Shown: positions 61,880-64,000 of the stretch, piece after piece
How positions within the stretch are numbered: the first letter of the stretch is position 1
How the letters are laid out: each line of letters begins with the position of its first letter
Sequence record: PQ356294.1
Direction: 5' to 3' (one strand)
DNA from: Escherichia phage Ec_YwIITB1
Length of the DNA: 64,000 nucleotides
The notes under the pieces: model-generated
Told to the model about the DNA's origin: nothing
Databases searched by the model: none
The model's input: the letters and a program-made list of their open reading frames with translations, nothing else
Made by a program: the position numbers and the translations under genes

Positions 61880-63091
61880 ATGATTGAATTAAAAGAGTTA
61901 CCTTTTGTTGATAGCGCTCCTGACGAAGGTCAAGAGCGTATTTCATGGATTAAAAATGGTGAAGAAATATTAGGAGCTAGTACTAAGTATGGAAATGATG
62001 GATCAATGAATAGACCTATTGTTTCCGTGTTTAAAAATGTCGAAGTTCTTGATGAAAATGTGGGAATTCTTAAAACTGCCATTGAAACATCACAGAAAGA
62101 TATTAAAACAATTCAAGGAGTTTTAGATGTATCAGGAGATATAGAAGCGCTATCACAGATCAGCGTTAATAAAAATGATATATCAAGTTTAAAGACGCTC
62201 ACAAGTGAACATACTGATATATTAAATGGTACAAATACTACGGTTGATAATATTCTTTCTGATATTGGTCCATTTAATTCGCAAGCAAATTCAGTTTATA
62301 GAACGATTAGAAATGATTTGCTGTGGATTAAAAGGGAACTAGGACAATATGCTGGACAAGATATTAATGGTCTTCCTGTTGTAGGAAATCCTAGCACAGG
62401 AATGAAGCATCGCATTATTAATAATACTGATGTCATCACTTCACAAGGAATACGTTTAAGCGAATTAGAAACAAAATTTATTGAATCTGATGTAGGTTCG
62501 CTTACAATCGAAGTAGGAAATCTTAGACAGGAATTAGGACAAAGACCGCCTTCATTTAGTGAAAGTATATATTCGCGTGTGCATAATTTAGATCAATCAC
62601 AAATTAATCTTAATTCCGAAATTAAATCTATCAAAACTTCTATTGGATATCCAGGAAATACTTCAATAATCACAGATGTTAACACTAATACACGAGAAAT
62701 TTCAGCTTTAACTGATGAGCTAAATAAAAGCGGAGGTGTTAAACAGCGATTAACTGTCATTGAAACATCAATTGGCTCAGATGATATTCCTTCTAGTATT
62801 AAAGGACAAATCAAAAATCACACAACTTCAATCGAAGCTCTAAATGGAATCGTCGGTGAAAACACTTCGTCTGGTTTAAGAGCGAATGTTTCATGGTTAA
62901 ATCAAATTGTTGGAACTGACTCCAGCGGAGGACAACCGTCTCCTTCTGGATCTCTATTAAACCGAGTTTCAGTTGAAGGAGAAGTTTCTGTTTTTAGGCT
63001 GAATAATGTTCAAAATCTACAAGTAGAGATAGGAAATAATAGAACAATTCAGGAATTAAAGGGCAAGTTATTGAGCTTACTTCCTTTATAA
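61880..63091 (+). CDS. wac: fibritin (wac), N-terminal 403 codons ending at a premature in-frame stop
   Basis: Coiled-coil whisker protein; ORF stops at 63089-63091, well before the encoded C-terminal foldon. Confidence 0.8.
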   Translation: MIELKELPFVDSAPDEGQERISWIKNGEEILGASTKYGNDGSMNRPIVSVFKNVEVLDENVGILKTAIETSQKDIKTIQGVLDVSGDIEALSQISVNKNDISSLKTLTSEHTDILNGTNTTVDNILSDIGPFNSQANSVYRTIRNDLLWIKRELGQYAGQDINGLPVVGNPSTGMKHRIINNTDVITSQGIRLSELETKFIESDVGSLTIEVGNLRQELGQRPPSFSESIYSRVHNLDQSQINLNSEIKSIKTSIGYPGNTSIITDVNTNTREISALTDELNKSGGVKQRLTVIETSIGSDDIPSSIKGQIKNHTTSIEALNGIVGENTSSGLRANVSWLNQIVGTDSSGGQPSPSGSLLNRVSVEGEVSVFRLNNVQNLQVEIGNNRTIQELKGKLLSLLPL

Positions 63092-63349
63092 ATGGAAATA
63101 ATCCTGACGGATCAACTGTTGAAGAACGCGGATTAACCAATTCTGTAAAAACGAACGAAACCAACATTGCAGCACACACACAGGAAGTAAGTAGTAATAC
63201 AGCCAAGAAGTAGTATATCTTCATTACAGGCGGATGTTCAGACTTTACAGGAAGCAGGTTATATTCCTGAAGCTCCAAAAGATGGCCAAGCTTACGTTCG
63301 TAAAGACGGCGAATGGGTATTACTTTCTACCTTTTTATCACCAGCATAA
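63046..63349 (+). pseudogene. wac: out-of-frame wac C-terminal segment including the foldon
   Basis: Frame -1 encodes IKGQVIELTSFINGNNPDGSTVEERGLTNS...; the original frame resumes and encodes ...[34 protein letters not shown]. Confidence 0.6.
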
Positions 63350-63352
63350 CAT

Positions 63353-63368
63353 GGGGCCGCAAGGCCCC
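63353..63368 (+). other. GC hairpin with GCAA tetraloop between wac and 13
   Basis: ggggcc-gcaa-ggcccc; no clear U tract. Confidence 0.45.
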
Positions 63369-63380
63369 AAAGGATTTTAA

Positions 63381-64000
<620 letters not shown>

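Noticed and set aside
63046-63349. Programmed ribosomal frameshifting in wac
   Set aside because: No slippery heptamer or downstream pseudoknot at either shift site, and the first shift is followed by in-frame stops; mutation or sequencing error is more likely.

Overview
This window is a T-even (T4-like) phage genome segment, gene-dense and co-linear with phage T4. Gene identities are from recall of T4 protein families and gene order; no database search or folding program was run. Positions 1-47670 are almost entirely minus-strand early/middle genes: 43 (N-terminal part), regA, 62, 44, 45, rpbA, 46, 47, a-gt, 55, nrdH/nrdG/nrdD, 49, nrdC, a long block of small unknown genes up to rI and tk, regB, a GrcA-like glycyl-radical protein, denV, lysozyme e, nudE, internal-protein-like genes, a tRNA cluster, 57B, 57A, 1, 3, 2, 4. 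Positions 47718-64000 are plus-strand late baseplate/tail genes: 53, 5, 5.4, 6, 7, 8, 9, 10, 11, 12, wac, start of 13. Differences from T4 as I remember it: nrdD is intronless; no homing-endonuclease genes were seen; the tRNA cluster has 10 intact tRNAs (adding Tyr and Asn to Arg/Ile/Thr/Ser/Pro/Gly/Leu/Gln) plus a truncated tRNA-His fused to tRNA-Arg; wac is interrupted by two compensating frameshifts; and there are several paralogous small-gene families. The ORF track accepts GTG/TTG starts, so several starts were trimmed to the first ATG with a Shine-Dalgarno. No CRISPR array, integrase or transposase was seen. The best candidates for undescribed biology are the internal-protein cassette, a P-loop NTPase plus nucleotidyltransferase pair, a six-member small acidic protein family around rI/tk, and the remodelled tRNA/small-RNA region.
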